Below, one piece after another: positions 60,373 to 64,000 of a stretch of 64,000 nt of DNA. The DNA comes from Heptranchias perlo (lineage: Eukaryota), in contig NC_090328.1 in the NCBI RefSeq assembly GCF_035084215.1, positions 56,544,001-56,608,000 of the forward strand, given 5' to 3'. Numbering within the stretch: position 1 is the stretch's first letter; each line of letters starts with the position of its first letter. A model generated the notes under the pieces. It was given only the letters and a program-made list of their open reading frames with translations, ran no database searches and was not told the DNA's origin. The position numbers were made by a program, and so were the translations under genes.

Positions 60373-60883
60373 TACATTTTAAAACTCTTGCACCTTAATT
60401 GTAGTTATTTTCACGTTTGTGGTTTGGAATCAAGATGTAGCATGCCAGAGCTTAGATCCTATTTTCCAGCATCACCTCCTTGCTGCTGCTTATACAAGTG
60501 GGGGTTTCTTGGAGGCTGAATGAGGATGTATTTACCTTCTCTCGCTGCCAAGCTTCAGAAAAGATTCAAAGTTTGTGATGTCAGTCAGCATGAAGCAAGA
60601 GCTATAAATGCTTTAAAATTTCAAATAATGAAAAAAAATCTACATCTGAGTTTTTAAAAAATTGGTACTTGAGGACAAGATCTTGGAGTATTCTTTAAGA
60701 ACTGCTTGGCTTCAAGTGCACATTGCAAAAGACTCTGACAGTATAGTTGTAGTTAATTTTACCATAATTTTCTATTTGATTTATTTTTATTTGTGTCGCT
60801 ATATTGAATACCAGTTTGATTTGATTGTTTTGATTTGCATTCTTATTGTTTTCCTTTAATCTATGTTTAATATTGACTCTCAG

Positions 60884-61089
60884 GTTTTGTGAGGGCACGA
60901 GGCGGAGGTGACATTCGAGATGTGAACACAAACTCTGAGAATTGGGCTGTGGTGAAAGCTGCATTAGTTGCAGGCATGTACCCAAACCTCATCCACATAG
61001 ACCGAGAGAATTTAATGTTGACTGGGGCTAAAGAAAAGAAAGTCAGATTTCACCCTACCTCAGTACTCAGCCAGCCACAGTATAAGAAG
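60884..61089 (+). CDS. YTHDC2: YTHDC2 coding exon 22 (OB-fold region)
   Basis: GFVRARGGGDIRDVNTNSENWAVVKAALVAGMYPN...VRFHPTSVLSQPQYKK; 206 nt. Confidence 0.97.
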
Positions 61090-61346
61090 GTAGGACTTGT
61101 GCTTTTTGCTATTGGAAGACTTAGTCTGGGATCTTTTTCAACATCTAATAAACTTGGAACATTTTTTTAAACTCTTGATCTGTATTTAATAGATTAATGT
61201 ATATGTTCAAGTTAGGTGAAAAATAACACTAATTTGGCCATTGTATTCAATATCTGCAGTATTTAATTTTTTATTTCAGAACTAAGTATTTATTTGTGAA
61301 AAGAGTATATTAATCTCTGTAATGTACAAACTTCATTTTGTATTAG

Positions 61347-61542
61347 ATTCCCCCAGCAAATGGACAAGCTGTGGCTGTTCAAGCACTGCCCACTGACTGG
61401 CTTATTTATGATGAAATGACGAGAGCACACAGAATTGCTAATATCCGCTGCTGTTCTGCTGTAACACCAATCTCTGTGGCATTATTTGCTGGTCCAGCTA
61501 GACTATCGAGCAGTGCATTACAAGAGCCCTCTTCTCCTCGAG
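61347..61542 (+). CDS. YTHDC2: YTHDC2 coding exon 23 (gene continues beyond window)
   Basis: IPPANGQAVAVQALPTDWLIYDEMTRAHRIANIRCCSAVTP...LQEPSSPR; 196 nt; donor G|GTAACA. Confidence 0.96.
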
Positions 61543-62059
61543 GTAACACATACAGTGAGTCAAAATTATTTCTTAATAAACTTCAGTATATTTTTGTTGA
61601 CGTGTGTCATCTAGTTAAATTTCATTGTACTTCCAGAAATGTTTTTTGTACTTCTACGTATAAGTTAGAGAACAAAGAAAATTAATTTGAAGCCAGCTTT
61701 ATGAGCCCTTTGAAATGTATTCTGTAGATTAAAAATTGCATTTATATAATAATTCTCGGTATCCCAAAAACTAATTAGTACATCAACTTTTTAATTGTTC
61801 TATTCAGTTTCATCAAAAGACCAAACAAGTGAGAATTTCTTTAATAAATCTTGTTTGTATATAACTTTTTTTGGGGGTGGATGATGGAGTAGGTTTTATA
61901 TTTTCTCCTCCTTTCTAAATCCACACACCAGGTCTCTTGCCAAGCCATTAGCAGGCTCAAAGGGGTCTCTTAGAGCAATCTGAAGTGGTCAAATTTGGTG
62001 ATGGTGCTAAACTGAGAGAGGCAGTGAAATCAAGAAAGCAGTTCACAAGTTGCACTGAG

Positions 62060-62815
62060 TTGGATTAAATATGCAGATCAATGGCAGATAAAATTGAATG
62101 TGGTTAATTGCAAAGTACTGAGCATAGGATGGAAAAATGAGCAATAAACGTAATCATTGAATTGTGTTAACATAGCTACGGATGAAGTGGAAAGAGACTT
62201 AGCAGTCTTAGTAGACTCAACGTTTAACATATCCAACCAGCAGTCACAAAGCCAATAGAATGCTAGACTACATAGCCAAAACAGTGGAAATATAACTTGG
62301 AGGAAGTTGCACTCAACTTTTACAGTGCTGTGGTTAGACTACACATTGAGTACTGCATCAAGTTCTGGTTGCTGAGACGTAACAGAGACATTCAAGCACA
62401 GGAGACAGTGCAGGGAAGAACCATTAAGCTGATCCATAGTGTCAGAAGACTGAGTTATGAGGAAAGATTAGAGAGATGCAGGCTATGCAGCCTGGGAAAG
62501 CGGCATTTGAGAGGTGATCTTATAGAGGTGTATAGGATGGTAAATTGTATGGAAAAGGTAAATCTGGAATATTACTATAAATTGAGAGGAGCACAAGGAG
62601 ACACCGGTTCAAACTCTTAAAAAAAACTTTAGAACTGATATCAGGAAACTCATCACGCAAAGATTGCTAAGCTTTTGAAATGGTGCTTCTTGGTAGAGTG
62701 ATGGAGCCAGAAACCTTTTATGGATTTAACAAACAATCGGATGCTGCAATGGGGGTACTATAGGGAACTTCTGGATGCATAAGCTAATATGGACTGAATG
62801 TTCTTCCTCATCTAT
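62060..62815 (+). mobile_element. Decayed CR1 3' fragment
   Basis: FYSAVVRLHIEYCIKFW...LSYEERLE...LRGDLIEVYR. Confidence 0.85.
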
Positions 62816-63396
62816 AATTATCTTGTGACTTTTCCTCCCTTCCTAGTGGGAAAGCGCAAGGCTTGTATTTGCCTCTTGGCACAGTGGGAATCCACTATGT
62901 AGGGAATTAAAAGTTCAAAACCATTTTGTGGCATAGAGGGTAGGAGCTTCAGTTTGCTATGACACTGTATAATATAATAGCCTATCGAAGAAAATATATT
63001 GTAATGGTCTTTAATCATATTCAGCCCTAATTCAGTAATGAAGAGTCTGAAATTTGCTGTGGATTTTTGCATGTTTACTTCGCTTGCCAAAGTGGACATG
63101 CTTGTAATATAACAAATGTATTGTATTATTGCCATAGGTAGATAGAATTTTGTTTGAGTTTTAAGCATTAATGTTTCCCTCTTCATAATTCAACAACCAA
63201 TGTTATATTTTTAACTGTTTTTAGCCAACTGGATTCTTGCATTAATCTAAAGGTGTTGTACATACAATTTTGTACATCTTTCTGAAATCCCATCAACCTA
63301 GAGTGGAAATAAAGTTATTTTATTGGGAGGCATTGTAAATTTTGTTCAGAATTTTAAAAAAATAGTGGAGTAAAACATTGGTGACTTCACCAGAAA

Positions 63397-63842
63397 GAAC
63401 AAACGAACTTGCATTTATATAGCAGCTTTCACGACTTTAGGTTGTCCCAAAACGCTTTATAGCTAATTAAATACTTTTGAATTGTAGTTACCATTATAAT
63501 GTAGGGAAACGCCGCAGCCAATTTGTGCACAGCAAGGTTCTACGAACTGCAATGAGATAACGAACTTGATGATGTTGTTTGAGAGACAAATATTGGCCAG
63601 GACGCTGGGAGAAATCCCCTGCTCTTCTTCGAATAGTGCTGTGGAATATTTTGTGTCCACCTGAGAGAGCAGATGGGGCATTGGTTTAACATCTGATCCA
63701 AAGGATGGCTCATCCAACAGTGCAGCACTCCCTCAATACTATGCTGAAGTGCCAGCCTGGATTATTTGCTCAAGTCTCTAGAGTGGGACTTGAACCCCAA
63801 CCTTCTGACTTAGAGGCAAGAGTGCTACCACTGAGCCATGGC
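63397..63842 (-). mobile_element. tRNA-headed Deu-domain SINE
   Basis: Minus strand TGGCTCAGTGGTAGCACTCTTGCCTC...GGTTCAAGTCCC; tail CTATATAAATGCAAGT; same family as 16192-16628. Confidence 0.85.
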
Positions 63843-64000
63843 ATAGGTAGAACTAGGAATGAGGTTCTGCTAAGACAGTTTGAGGAGCTAGGGTCTAAAT
63901 TAAATCTAAGCAGAACCTCAAAGGTTATAATCTCTGGATTACTACCTGAGCCATGTGCAAATTGGCATAGGGACAAACAAATCAGAGTTAAATGCGTGGC

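Overview
Eukaryotic vertebrate DNA. The repeat landscape (CR1, L2, Deu-domain SINEs, Harbinger, Penelope-like relics) points to a cartilaginous fish; this is inferred. The window holds the 5' part of YTHDC2, an RNA helicase and m6A reader, on the + strand. It has a CpG-rich promoter (~10.46-10.94 kb), a probable non-coding first exon and 23 coding exons (15497-61542). All 23 have GT-AG boundaries and compatible phases, giving 3223 nt (1074 codons + 1 nt). They cover R3H, DEVH helicase, ankyrin, HA2 and OB regions; the YTH domain must lie beyond the window. The rest is mostly decayed transposable elements, and most short ORFs in the track are TE debris or chance. There is no CRISPR array, rRNA or intact tRNA. 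I cannot support a wholly new biological system. The best second-look items are: (1) a minimal hammerhead ribozyme on the sense strand of intron 1, inside a 63-bp hairpin; (2) a young CR1 that appears to have inserted into a branch point and rebuilt it; (3) a 634-nt exon block predicted to give a 174-aa ORF if circularised; (4) an apparently ORF1-less LINE sharing both ends with a tRNA-headed SINE; (5) a possible divergent spliced transcript upstream. Repeat boundaries are approximate; exon boundaries were read base by base.
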